In this document: piece by piece, positions 17,072 through 26,051 of the stretch
Layout: every line of letters begins with the position of its first letter
Numbering within the stretch: position 1 is the first letter of the stretch
From: a bacterium
GTDB lineage: Bacteria; Patescibacteriota; Doudnabacteria; UBA920
Assembly (NCBI GenBank): GCA_021825655.1
Contig: JAKAGU010000002.1
Location: forward strand, 13,129 to 77,128
Length of the DNA: 64,000 nt
Reading direction: 5' to 3'
The notes under the pieces: generated by a model
Database searches by the model: none
What the model was told of the DNA's origin: nothing
Seen by the model: the letters and a program-made list of their open reading frames with translations, nothing else
Position numbers and translations under genes: made by a program

Positions 17072-17797
17072 TTATCTTATGACTTTCCACTCCTTGCTGA
17101 AGGAGCGCCTGATAACTTTATTATAAACCAGGTTAATTACCCAAAGCGACAAAAGCTTGGCCCAGCCCACGTTGTGGGCGCGCCGGGAAGTATGCATCAC
17201 AAACAAACCGGTTTCCACCCAGGTCCTACCCACTTTGCTTAGGCGGCCGAAGAGATCGTTATCCTCCCCTACCACCAACGCCCCGTTGAACCCATTAACC
17301 TGCTTAAACGCACTGGCGCGGACCATCTGGAATTCGCCCGAGGCCATGCCCAGATGCAAAACATTGTTATAAAACTGGTAAACGCGGTTAACCAGGCCAA
17401 AAAACATTTTATCAGAAAGCGTAACGTGTTCGGGCAGCACCTTTAAAAAAACAGTCAGGCCGCACAGGCCGCGGTCTTTTTCAAAACGCTCCAACGTCTG
17501 CTGGAAAAACTCGTTAATATTGGGGATAAACACATCGGCATCCATAAACAGCAAATACTCGCCGCTGGCCACCGCAGCGCCCGCGTTCCGGCCGCCGCCA
17601 ATGGTCTGCCGGGTTTTTCTGTCATGGACCACGACCTTGTCCGCATACTTTTTGGCCAGTTCCACGGTCCGGTCCGTGCTCCCGCCGTCTGAGACGATGA
17701 TTTCATAGCTAACCACACGGAGCGCTTTTAACGCGCCCAGGGTTTTTGCTATGACTTTTTCCTCGTTCAGAGTGGGAACGATTATGGAAAGCTTCAT
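17072..17797 (-). CDS. Family 2 glycosyltransferase (GT-A fold)
   Basis: LSIIVPTLNEE ... VSDGGSTDRT ... FMDAD (DxD). Confidence 0.8.
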   Translation of the reverse strand: MKLSIIVPTLNEEKVIAKTLGALKALRVVSYEIIVSDGGSTDRTVELAKKYADKVVVHDRKTRQTIGGGRNAGAAVASGEYLLFMDADVFIPNINEFFQQTLERFEKDRGLCGLTVFLKVLPEHVTLSDKMFFGLVNRVYQFYNNVLHLGMASGEFQMVRASAFKQVNGFNGALVVGEDNDLFGRLSKVGRTWVETGLFVMHTSRRAHNVGWAKLLSLWVINLVYNKVIRRSFSKEWKVIR

Positions 17798-18396
17798 ATT
17801 TCGGTTTTCACCAAATAACGATTAATGGCCCAGAGGGCATAAATGACAACAAAAATGGAAACGAAAACAAACACAATCTTCATGGGGCCGACCACGGAAG
17901 CGTACAAGTGCCCGAAAAAATATCCCACCAAAAGCAAAAAAGCCGTCCAGATGAAACCGCCAAATAAATTTAAAACTACATATTTTTTAAAGTCCACGCG
18001 GAGCATGCCCGCCACAATCAGGGTGGCCAGGGCAAAACCGAAGCCCATGGTAATTTTGGAAATGAACAAAATTTTGTTCTGATAGGTTTTAAAGCGTTTC
18101 TCAATCTTGGCAATTATTTCCGGGGTGATGTTTAAAAAACCGCCAAACTTGTGGAGGATGGGCTTAGCGCCGAAACGACCCACACCATACCAGCCAATGT
18201 CAGCCACAAAATCCCCGCCCATCAAAGCAAAATATAAAGGCACCAAGTCAAACTGCCCGAGCCGATACAAAAACCCGCTGGTAATCATGACCACCGGACC
18301 TTCCACAATGCACAGAATAAAAACGATTGCGTATTTGGAAAAATTGAAAAAATCAAGGAGAAACTGGATGGGGTGCATATACCCACAGAGTAGCAC
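17794..18396 (-). CDS. DedA / VTT-domain (SNARE-associated) membrane protein
   Basis: Polytopic. Has the DedA signature G..R... helices and re-entrant loop pattern (EGPVVMITSGFL...RFG...). 4-bp ATGA overlap with the GT2 gene. Confidence 0.7.
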   Translation of the reverse strand: MLLCGYMHPIQFLLDFFNFSKYAIVFILCIVEGPVVMITSGFLYRLGQFDLVPLYFALMGGDFVADIGWYGVGRFGAKPILHKFGGFLNITPEIIAKIEKRFKTYQNKILFISKITMGFGFALATLIVAGMLRVDFKKYVVLNLFGGFIWTAFLLLVGYFFGHLYASVVGPMKIVFVFVSIFVVIYALWAINRYLVKTEI

Positions 18397-18498
18397 AAAA
18401 TCGCTTAAAAATCACTTTTTTAGTCCCCGTTATGAAATAAAATCTTCAAATAAGCGTATTAGGTGGTATAATTAAAGCAAGAAAATTAAACCTGATTT

Positions 18499-18813
18499 AT
18501 GAAAAAAATCCTTTTGGCTGTAGGCTTGGCCGCGCTGCTCGCGGCTGGCTGCAACAGCTCAAAACCTGCTGCACAGAACCCGGGCGAACAGCCAGTAGCC
18601 CAGGCCCCTGAGCAGCAGACAAACCCAACCCCGGCGCCCGCTGTCCAGACACAGTCCAACGTGAAGGTCCAAAACGTTGATGACGCCTTAAACGAGCTTG
18701 ATAAGCAAGCGGCCAGCGAGCAATCCCTGACTGCCGGCACGGATGACAGCGACCTGACTGCCACAGATGCCACTGAGCTTAACAGCCTTACGGAGGTACC
18801 AAATGGAAACTAA
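18499..18813 (+). CDS. Small lipoprotein, Pro/Gln/Ala-rich
   Basis: Signal peptide with lipobox LLAAGC, then low-complexity sequence. Confidence 0.5.
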   Translation: MKKILLAVGLAALLAAGCNSSKPAAQNPGEQPVAQAPEQQTNPTPAPAVQTQSNVKVQNVDDALNELDKQAASEQSLTAGTDDSDLTATDATELNSLTEVPNGN

Positions 18814-19549
18814 ATTAAAAATAGCGGCGGCCCTTGCTTCCATATCCATCCTGGTGCCGGCTTTTGCCCTGGCTGCCTTGCCGGCGCAGGGAACAGCCGG
18901 TGCGGGACAGAATTTTTGCACCCGGCTGCCGGAATTGACCACGCAAGTCAATAACCGGCTGGCGCAGTCAACCACCAACCTGCAAAACCGCCAGCAGGAA
19001 ATCCAGACCAAAGTACAGGAAAGACAGACAACGCGGACTCAGCAGCTTACTCAGGTACGCAATACCGCTGCCCAGGACCGCCAGGCAATTTATACCCAGC
19101 TCATGGCCAAAGCCACGACCGATGCGCAAAAACAGGCTGTAACGACATTCCAAAACACCATCGAAGCTGCGGTTACCACCCGCCAGACTGCGGTTGACGC
19201 CGCAAGACTAGCCTACTGGACAGCCCTAGACTCCGATTTAAGCACCCGCCAGACCGCGGTATCCACGGCCCGGCAGAACTTCTTCAGCGCCATCCAAACG
19301 GCGCTAACCACAGCCAGCAGCCAGTGTGCTGCGGGCACGGCTCCGGCCACGGTAAGACAAAATTTCCAAACCGCGCTGCAAGCGGCCAAAACTCAATTCG
19401 CCACCAACCGTAAGGCAATCGACAAAATTGGCCCGGAAGTGAAAGCTTTGGTACAGACCCGCAATGCGGCTATTAAAAAAGCCATGGATACTTTTAAAAC
19501 CACAGCCCAGCAAGCCCGGACCACGCTTAAAGCCGCGTTCGGAAAATAG
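18803..19549 (+). CDS. Secreted Thr/Gln/Ala-rich helical-repeat protein
   Basis: The start METKLKIAAALASISILVPAFALAA is preceded by GGAGG. The remainder is a repetitive Q/T/A-rich helical sequence. Confidence 0.5.
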   Translation: METKLKIAAALASISILVPAFALAALPAQGTAGAGQNFCTRLPELTTQVNNRLAQSTTNLQNRQQEIQTKVQERQTTRTQQLTQVRNTAAQDRQAIYTQLMAKATTDAQKQAVTTFQNTIEAAVTTRQTAVDAARLAYWTALDSDLSTRQTAVSTARQNFFSAIQTALTTASSQCAAGTAPATVRQNFQTALQAAKTQFATNRKAIDKIGPEVKALVQTRNAAIKKAMDTFKTTAQQARTTLKAAFGK

Positions 19550-19560
19550 TTTCTGTTTCA

Positions 19561-19600
19561 AAAACACCCGCCTCTCTCAGGAGGCGGGTGTTTTGTTTAT
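19561..19600 (+). terminator. Rho-independent terminator
   Basis: aaaaaCACCCGCCTCtctcagGAGGCGGGTGttttgtttat. Confidence 0.7.
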
Positions 19601-19632
19601 CTTGCCATACAAGATAATTATGAGTCGGCCAT

Positions 19633-19839
19633 TTAAGCCAGATCCAAGATCGGGGTAGTTTCCTGAGCCAGATCCAAGATCGGGGTAGTTTCCTGAGCCA
19701 GATCCAAGATCGGGGTAGTTTCCTGAGCCAGATCCAAGATCGGGGTAGTTTCCTGAGCCAGATCCAAGATCGGGGTAGTTTCCTGAGCCAGCCCTGTAAA
19801 CCCAAACACTATAACCAGCACTACAATAAGCGTTTTCAT
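19633..19839 (-). CDS. Small secreted repeat peptide: signal peptide + (TTPILDLAQE) x5
   Basis: 68 aa ORF. MKTLIVVLVIVFGFTGLAQE is a signal peptide, and the 10-aa repeat is encoded by the 30-bp tandem repeat. There is no obvious SD. Coding status is uncertain because the other two frames are also open across the repeat. Confidence 0.4.
   Translation of the reverse strand: MKTLIVVLVIVFGFTGLAQETTPILDLAQETTPILDLAQETTPILDLAQETTPILDLAQETTPILDLA
19636..19791. repeat. Perfect 30-bp tandem repeat x5 (+ 6-bp partial sixth copy): AGCCAGATCCAAGATCGGGGTAGTTTCCTG
   Basis: Read directly from the sequence. Copies at 19636, 19666, 19696, 19726 and 19756 have no mismatches. Confidence 0.95.
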
Positions 19840-19915
19840 ATTTTGTATTTTTGTTATTAATTTTAAAATCGGCCTGTTCCCGACCTGAACAGTCCTAAAT
19901 TGTATCCGCCGCCAA

Positions 19916-20521
19916 TTAATCCAAACCCATGCGGCGTGCCGTTAAAAATTTAAAGCGCCTTCTATATATGGCTAAAAGAATCAGGGAGTTAATTGCCAGC
20001 AGATAAACCTGAAACGCGGAATTTTCAATCGTCCATTTTGGTATGGACGGCAAGACCAGAAGCACGGCCACCAGGCCGGCGGCAAACGTCAGGCCTGTTT
20101 CGGTTTCCGGGTTTGTCCAGGCTTTGCGGAGGGTGGGCAGGGCTGCAAAGCCGTCAGCTGCAGCTGCCAGCAGCACCGCCAGCCGGGGGGAGGCAAGGCC
20201 CCAAACCAGCAGCGCCAGCACTGAAAACGCGCCGCAAAGGAAATCAAATATTGTTAACTTCCAATAGCTTCTCGGGTTTACGAAAGAAGCGATCAAAACC
20301 AGCAAAGGTATAAACCCGGCCAAAAAAGTCCGGGTGGTCGCCCAGATATCGGCATGCGCGGAAATCGCCGCTCCTGTGCCAACCAGCGGCGCCAGCGCCC
20401 ACAAAGCCCACGACACTCGGTTCGGCCTGGTTGTACCCTTTAGCGTGTCGCGGACATAGACAAAAGAGCCAACAAGGCTTATTAGGGCGCTAAGCACAAC
20501 CAACCAATGGACAAAACTCAT
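19916..20521 (-). CDS. Hypothetical polytopic membrane protein
   Basis: 201 aa with 5-6 hydrophobic helices. Not recognised. Confidence 0.45.
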   Translation of the reverse strand: MSFVHWLVVLSALISLVGSFVYVRDTLKGTTRPNRVSWALWALAPLVGTGAAISAHADIWATTRTFLAGFIPLLVLIASFVNPRSYWKLTIFDFLCGAFSVLALLVWGLASPRLAVLLAAAADGFAALPTLRKAWTNPETETGLTFAAGLVAVLLVLPSIPKWTIENSAFQVYLLAINSLILLAIYRRRFKFLTARRMGLD

Positions 20522-20622
20522 AACTTTAATTCAGTTTAATCGCACACGGGCTAATGTAGTGTAATTTTAGCACATAAAAAACAATAACCGCCCTTTTGGG
20601 GCGGCGATGTTCTCCAGAATTT

Positions 20623-22149
20623 TTAGACAAACCCGGGAAAAAAGTCGGTTTTTATTTTATTCGACGCAACCCCCATGCTCAGAAGCGCGTTTTCATAAGC
20701 CGTAACCATGGCGTGGGGCCCGGAAAGATAAAACCTGCGCTGTTTAAAATCGGGCACTTCAGCGGCAATCAGCTCCGCATTTATCGGACCGACATTACCC
20801 TGCCAGCCGGCTGGCACCTGGGTTTTGTCGGTTAGGGTATAAACAGCCCGAAGGCCAAGCTTTTCCACAGCCTGGTCGAAAATATCGGTGTAAACCGCCT
20901 CCGCAGCCGTCTTGTTGCTGTAAAACAGCACAATATCCCTGGCCTGGTTTGTATCCAGCAAATATTTAATCATGCTGCGAAAAGGAGTAATACCGATACC
21001 GCCCGCAATAAACACGCTTTTTTCTTGGGGGTTCTCCGGCAGGGTAAAATCCCCTGCCAGCTGGCCGGCTAAGATTTTATCGCCGGGCTGCATTGCCAGC
21101 ATGGATTTTTTGTAGCTGCTCGGCGGGTCATAAAATTTTACACCCATGATAATTTCTTGCTCAGTCGGCGCGGAAGCGATAGTAAAATAACGGCGGTTAC
21201 CCCGGTTATCTGGCTTATCGTGTTCCAGCGTCCACTCCAAATACTGACCCGCCCGGAACGGCATGCCCGTATCCGTTGCAAAAACAAAATCGAAAATACC
21301 CGGGCCCAGGCGCATTTTTTCTTTTAAGGTAAGCAGGAGTTTCTTTTTCGGGCTGGCTAAATAAGAAAACACGTTGCCCGCCAGAAGTGCCAGCTCAGGC
21401 GTGGAATAAAGCGAAAGCACATGCATCTGAGGAGCGAACAACAACCCCACCAGTCCGCCGTAAACGGCCTGCAGCCCTTTGGTCGGCGGGGTTGTCAGGG
21501 GTTCCGTCAGCATCACAAAAGCAAAGAAGAACAACGGCGAGTCCACAAGCACCTTCTGCACAGAAGAGACCAAGTCCAGGCCGCGGGCCAGATCCAAACC
21601 CAGAATAGTGACCAAGGCCACAACGAAAAAACTGAACACCAGGTCAAACCTCCTGATTTTCCTCACAGTCAGAAAACCGCCCACCAATACAAACGGCAGC
21701 ATCCAGGCCGTGCCCACCCACCAGCTCGCCGACTGGTTAATGGTCAAAGCCGTAAGGGCCACGGCAAAAGCCACGGGGTTAAAAATATGTTTCCGATTAA
21801 AGGCCAGAATATACTTGGAAACTTGGGACCAAATCGCGGCCCAGGCCACAAACCCGAAATACTGGGCGTCCAAAGTTTTAATCGGCGTAATAATCAAAGC
21901 TAAAATCAAAGCGGTTATATAAACGGATTCCACATTGGTGGGCACATTAAAAATCCAGGCGGAAACCACATTCACGATCCAGCAAAGCAGAGTGATAAAA
22001 AATACGGAATACACCAGCCCCACCGGGCTATAGGGCAAAGCGCCAAACAGACTTAAAAGAAAAGCCGCCGCCAAAAGGCCGATGAGGTAATACAGCACCA
22101 GCCGGTACATGGTTATTTTGTTCAAAAAATCATCTACAAAGGTAAGCAT
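20623..22149 (-). CDS. Membrane-embedded FNR-like flavin oxidoreductase (N-terminal polytopic domain + C-terminal FAD/NAD(P)H-binding domain)
   Basis: The C-terminal half has the ferredoxin-NADP reductase family FAD motif RRYFTIASAP (RxY[ST]) and the NAD(P) motif GGIGITPFRSM. The N-terminal roughly 270 aa are multi-pass TM and lack the paired-His heme ligands of ferric-reductase (NOX) domains. Confidence 0.7.
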   Translation of the reverse strand: MLTFVDDFLNKITMYRLVLYYLIGLLAAAFLLSLFGALPYSPVGLVYSVFFITLLCWIVNVVSAWIFNVPTNVESVYITALILALIITPIKTLDAQYFGFVAWAAIWSQVSKYILAFNRKHIFNPVAFAVALTALTINQSASWWVGTAWMLPFVLVGGFLTVRKIRRFDLVFSFFVVALVTILGLDLARGLDLVSSVQKVLVDSPLFFFAFVMLTEPLTTPPTKGLQAVYGGLVGLLFAPQMHVLSLYSTPELALLAGNVFSYLASPKKKLLLTLKEKMRLGPGIFDFVFATDTGMPFRAGQYLEWTLEHDKPDNRGNRRYFTIASAPTEQEIIMGVKFYDPPSSYKKSMLAMQPGDKILAGQLAGDFTLPENPQEKSVFIAGGIGITPFRSMIKYLLDTNQARDIVLFYSNKTAAEAVYTDIFDQAVEKLGLRAVYTLTDKTQVPAGWQGNVGPINAELIAAEVPDFKQRRFYLSGPHAMVTAYENALLSMGVASNKIKTDFFPGFV

Positions 22150-22151
22150 AT

Positions 22152-22895
22152 TTAGTTGGTTACGTATTGTTCGAAGCCCGATGTTTTGGTGGCTATCCCC
22201 TGACTGTCTATCATGTAGCCCTCCAGGCCTTCAATGGACTCAATAAAATTAATTCCTTCCCTGCCCATGGCAAAAGCGGCAGTGGCAAACCGGTCAGCCT
22301 CATATATGTTGGGGCCGATTATCGTAAGGCTCACAATTTCTAAGAGCTGTTGGCCCGGCTTGAAGGGGTTGTAAATGTGCTGGCCCCGCTCGGCAGTGCC
22401 TGAGGTGGCTACTCCCTGGCTGGTAATACTCAGGACTTTGACAATCTCCTCGTGCTTGAAAGGATTGCGGATACCCACGCGCCACGATTGACTGCCCGCA
22501 TCTTCCACCTGACCCTGAATGTCCCCGCCCGCGTCTATAAAAAAATACTTGTGGCCCGCACGCTCCAGCAGCAGGCTTGCCTGCCAGATGGCCCAGCCTT
22601 TAACTATGCCCGACGGATCCCAAAAGCCTTCGGGCCGCCAAATATTAAAATAGCCCCTGGTGGCTTTTTTAGTTTCTTCCGCCAGCATAAAAATTTTTTT
22701 AATGTCCGGAGGGTATTGGCTTTCCGCCAACTCGCCTCGGTTAATCTGGCTAATGGCGCTGTTTGGCTTATACGTACTGAAGGTCTCGTCAATATACTGA
22801 AAATATTCAAATACTCTGTCACAGCCCTGCTTTTCGTCGCCGTCCCTGACCTCGACTGTAATGTGCATACCCATCAAATTTCGAGTTTGCTGCAT
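22152..22895 (-). CDS. apbE: FAD:protein FMN transferase (ApbE family), short form without signal peptide
   Basis: ApbE core motifs FFIDAGGDIQGQ and GVATSGTAERG. 247 aa. Confidence 0.75.
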   Translation of the reverse strand: MQQTRNLMGMHITVEVRDGDEKQGCDRVFEYFQYIDETFSTYKPNSAISQINRGELAESQYPPDIKKIFMLAEETKKATRGYFNIWRPEGFWDPSGIVKGWAIWQASLLLERAGHKYFFIDAGGDIQGQVEDAGSQSWRVGIRNPFKHEEIVKVLSITSQGVATSGTAERGQHIYNPFKPGQQLLEIVSLTIIGPNIYEADRFATAAFAMGREGINFIESIEGLEGYMIDSQGIATKTSGFEQYVTN

Positions 22896-22899
22896 AAAC

Positions 22900-23520
22900 T
22901 TAATTCTTCGCTTTGGCTAAGGCCGAAGCCAGGGATTGCTGGAAAGCCTGGCTCGAATCCGTGGCTCCTGAAACTATGTCTACATTTGCGCTCTGGGCTG
23001 CAATTGCCTCAGCTTTCAAATAAGGCATAGCCTGGCCGTTAATTTCGCGGGAAGTACTGCGGTCATTTGGGTACTGCAAGAACACCACGTCTGTAATTTT
23101 GCCGCCAGCAACAGTCACCTGCACTTGGATGTTGCCGTAATAGGCGTCTGCGACGCTGCCCGTATACTGCCCGTCCGCGTATTGGCCCTTGGGTTTAGGT
23201 GCCGGAACAGGAGCCGGAGCCGGTACGGGCGCCGGAGTAGGCGCGGGGACGGGCTTGGGCTGGGCAGGGGCGGGAGCAGGGATGGAAATTGGCAAGGGCT
23301 GGGACTGGCTGCTTTTTGGAGGGCTACTGGGCGGATCAGCGGCAATGGGCGCCTGTACGGGAACTTCCGCAATCGCGGCCGTGGAAGTGGCCTCAGGAGC
23401 TGCAGGTTTAATGGCAGAAACGTCAACCAAAACACCAGGCGCAGGCGCCAGCCTGCTCTGGTAAATCGCGTAAAAGGTAAAGCCGCCGACTATAATTAAT
23501 GAGTAAAAAAATTTCTTCAT
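22900..23520 (-). CDS. Membrane-anchored FMN-binding domain protein (ApbE flavinylation target, SGAT motif)
   Basis: N-terminal TM anchor followed by a (PAPVPA)n linker. The C-terminal FMN_bind domain ends ...DIVSGATDSSQAF, containing the flavinylated Thr of NqrC/RnfG-type domains. Confidence 0.75.
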   Translation of the reverse strand: MKKFFYSLIIVGGFTFYAIYQSRLAPAPGVLVDVSAIKPAAPEATSTAAIAEVPVQAPIAADPPSSPPKSSQSQPLPISIPAPAPAQPKPVPAPTPAPVPAPAPVPAPKPKGQYADGQYTGSVADAYYGNIQVQVTVAGGKITDVVFLQYPNDRSTSREINGQAMPYLKAEAIAAQSANVDIVSGATDSSQAFQQSLASALAKAKN

Positions 23521-23535
23521 AACTTTAAAAAACGG

Positions 23536-24138
23536 TTATTCTTCATCGCTATTGCCGTTATGCCCGGACACATACTCTCCATCCACCCAGGCGTATTCCC
23601 CTGACTTCAAGCGAATACGGTACCAGCCGTCTTCCTCCCCGGTATAATTATACGTTTGGCCGGGGTAGGCCTTGCCAATCACAGAACCGGAAACTGCAGG
23701 CTGGCTCCTGGCGTTTAAATAACCCGTAGGGGTTTCTTTTATTTTAACGCTTTTTTTGCTTTGTAGACTCTTGCGGACGGGAGCAGGCGCAGATATGTTT
23801 GCGTTCGCCGTTGGAGCCGAAGCTGGAGGAGTGGCCGAGGCAACCGGTTCGGATAAAGTTTGATCAGGCAGAGCCATCTGCCCCAGCACTGCCGGTTTAG
23901 GCGCAGCCTGGGCCAACTTGGAGGTTTTCCCTGAAGCTGACACAAGCACGTACTTGCCGGCGGCAACCAAGGCCAGAAGGCTTAGGCTGGCCAGGAATAT
24001 TTTGGCACTGGGCAATTTTTTCCCGCCTGTGTTTTTGTTTAGAAACAACTTTTCGGGTCCATTAAAAAATCTACTGTCAGGTTTTAACCCATCCTGGCTA
24101 ATGTTGCGCACTTCAAAATTTGGACCTTGTTGATTCAT
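23536..24138 (-). CDS. Membrane-anchored bacterial SH3 (SH3b) domain protein
   Basis: C-terminal GYLNARSQPAVSGSVIGKAYPGQTYNYTGEEDGWYRIRLKSGEYAWVDGEYV matches SH3_3. There is one TM helix (IFLASLSLLALVAAGKYVLV) and a Pro/Ala-rich linker. Confidence 0.6.
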   Translation of the reverse strand: MNQQGPNFEVRNISQDGLKPDSRFFNGPEKLFLNKNTGGKKLPSAKIFLASLSLLALVAAGKYVLVSASGKTSKLAQAAPKPAVLGQMALPDQTLSEPVASATPPASAPTANANISAPAPVRKSLQSKKSVKIKETPTGYLNARSQPAVSGSVIGKAYPGQTYNYTGEEDGWYRIRLKSGEYAWVDGEYVSGHNGNSDEE

Positions 24139-24140
24139 GT

Positions 24141-24560
24141 TTAGTTTCTGGCTTGGGATAAAGCGCTGGCCAGGGACTGCGCAAAAGCTTGGCTGGTATC
24201 GGTCGCGCCGGAAATTACGTTTACCTGAGCGCTCTGGCTGGCAATGGCTTCGGCTTTCAGGTACGGCATGGACTGGTTACTAATACTCTTGGAAGTTGGC
24301 CGGTCGTTGGGGTACTGCAAAAATGTCACATTGGCCAGCTTGCCGCCGGACACAATTGCCTGGACCTGCACGTTGCCGTAATAAGCGTCGACTGCGTTGC
24401 CTGTATACGTACCGTCTTTATAGCTAATATTTTGGCCGGGCTGGTTTTGGCTGATTATTGGCGGCGTTACCCGGTGTTCGCCGTAACGCTGGTAAACCGC
24501 ATATGCGCATATGGCGGCAAAAAGGGTTGCTCCAATCAGGAGCTTCTTCACTGTTGTCAT
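24141..24560 (-). CDS. Membrane-anchored FMN-binding domain protein (second copy)
   Basis: N-terminal TM anchor. The FMN_bind domain with ...NVISGATDTSQAF is collinear with 22900..23520. Confidence 0.75.
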   Translation of the reverse strand: MTTVKKLLIGATLFAAICAYAVYQRYGEHRVTPPIISQNQPGQNISYKDGTYTGNAVDAYYGNVQVQAIVSGGKLANVTFLQYPNDRPTSKSISNQSMPYLKAEAIASQSAQVNVISGATDTSQAFAQSLASALSQARN

Positions 24561-24632
24561 GTGGTGGGGGTTAAATTATCTCTTTTTTAGGATACCAAAA
24601 CCACATGAAGCTGGCATGAAGCCATAAATTAA

Positions 24633-26051
24633 CTACGGGCTAAAAGATGGCTGCACGCTTAATTCCAAATGGTAAGGATTGCCATTTCTGGCCTTTAAAC
24701 CCCCGTATTTTACTATCCCTTCCAGAATATACTTCTGTTTTAAGGGCAAATTTGTTACACCAGCGCCAAGAACGGGCAAATCGTACGGCCCCAACTTGCC
24801 AGCAGCCTCATCGGAAAAAATTGCATAACCGTTGTCCTGCTGCAAAACATAACCCTCTACCGCCACTTTTTTATCCACAAAATTCTGGGCTTGTCTGCTT
24901 ACGCTGCCAATACTGGAAACGGGCAAAGTCCCGCGGGTTTTAATAATATCCAAGCCGTCAGGAATGTTCAGCTGCCCATAGCCGGCGCCAGGCTTGCCCG
25001 TGACGCCATACTGCCAGATTATTTTTTTGGTCTGCTTGTCAACCACTATCACACGGTGATTCTGGTCATCGTTGGCCAAAATATTACCGTTAGGCAGCTC
25101 AATCGCCAAGGAAGGGTGGTTCAGCTTCACATCCCCGTCCTGGCCGCTGAATTGCCACACCACTTTACCCTGCCGGCTTACTTCCACCACCTGTCCGGGA
25201 TTGCTGTAGTCGGCTATCAGAATATTGCCTGCCTGAGTCAGCTGGGGGTCTGACGGGTACCTTACCGGCAGAACCATATTAAAAACCGGCTGCCAGGAAT
25301 TATCCAACTCCACCAGATTCTTTCCCACGATGTTGCTAACCAGGGTGTGCCCGCCGGCCAGGGGCGTGTCGCCATTGGGCTTATCAAGAAAACCCGCTTG
25401 GTTTTTACAAACACCAGTTTGTCCATATTGCCGCACAATCTGCTTTTCGGGAGAAATTTCCAAAATGCGGCAGTTCTTTATGTCCGCGACCGTCACGTCG
25501 CCATTAGGTAGCTTGTAGGCATCATCTGGCGTATTCAGGTATCCGGGCGCAGATCCTGCATGCCCGCCAACGCCATAGCTCCAGGTTACCTGCTTGCTCG
25601 CATAATCGATAATCTGAATCAGATGGTATTCTTCCAAATTCACGATAACCGAGTTGCCGCTATCCGTAAAAAAAGAATCGTCCGCACCCAGGCCGGCTTT
25701 GGGCAAATGAAAGGCGTACTCCCAAATTACCCGTTTGTCGGGGGTTACTTCCAAAAGCCGGTTGTTACCCCGGTCGGCAATCAAGACATTATAACCACCC
25801 AAGGCGGAGGTATCTTTCGGTTCGCCTTTCACCTCTAAAGGCGTAGCCACAACGGGCGCAGCCGGAGGGTTTGCCTCATAGCTTTCAGGCAAGGTCTCCT
25901 GCGCTTCGCCGCCAAGGTCGCTATCTGAAAGCTGGGCTTGTCTGGCAGAAAAAAATATCCGGGTGTTTCCCCGGGACAGCAGGACCGCCGCAAGGATTAC
26001 CACGCAAAAACCGCAAAAGATGCCGGCGGCAAGAAGAATCTTTTTTTTCAT
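24633..26051 (-). CDS. Secreted beta-propeller repeat protein (NHL/ASST-like repeats)
   Basis: Signal/anchor MKKKILLAAGIFCGFCVVILAAVLL. At least five degenerate repeats of the form N.R(V/L).(V/I)...(K/G).(V/I).W(E/Q/S)(Y/F). Confidence 0.5.
   Translation of the reverse strand: MKKKILLAAGIFCGFCVVILAAVLLSRGNTRIFFSARQAQLSDSDLGGEAQETLPESYEANPPAAPVVATPLEVKGEPKDTSALGGYNVLIADRGNNRLLEVTPDKRVIWEYAFHLPKAGLGADDSFFTDSGNSVIVNLEEYHLIQIIDYASKQVTWSYGVGGHAGSAPGYLNTPDDAYKLPNGDVTVADIKNCRILEISPEKQIVRQYGQTGVCKNQAGFLDKPNGDTPLAGGHTLVSNIVGKNLVELDNSWQPVFNMVLPVRYPSDPQLTQAGNILIADYSNPGQVVEVSRQGKVVWQFSGQDGDVKLNHPSLAIELPNGNILANDDQNHRVIVVDKQTKKIIWQYGVTGKPGAGYGQLNIPDGLDIIKTRGTLPVSSIGSVSRQAQNFVDKKVAVEGYVLQQDNGYAIFSDEAAGKLGPYDLPVLGAGVTNLPLKQKYILEGIVKYGGLKARNGNPYHLELSVQPSFSP

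Noticed and set aside
19636-19791. Possibility that the 30-bp repeats are a CRISPR array
   Set aside because: The units are directly abutting with no spacers, and there are no cas genes nearby. This is a tandem minisatellite, not CRISPR.
19527-19805. Alternative-frame ORF across the 30-bp repeat (WLRKLPRSWI x5)
   Set aside because: Same DNA as the 68-aa repeat peptide but lacks a signal peptide or any start context. It is an artefact of the repeat keeping every frame open.
22452-23499. Plus-strand ORFs 22452..23030, 23125..23499 and 23189..23464 (Gly/Arg-rich)
   Set aside because: Antisense to ApbE and to the Pro/Ala-linker of the FMN_bind protein. The GC-rich PAPAPV codons read backwards give the GAGTGAG / RRSRRG runs.
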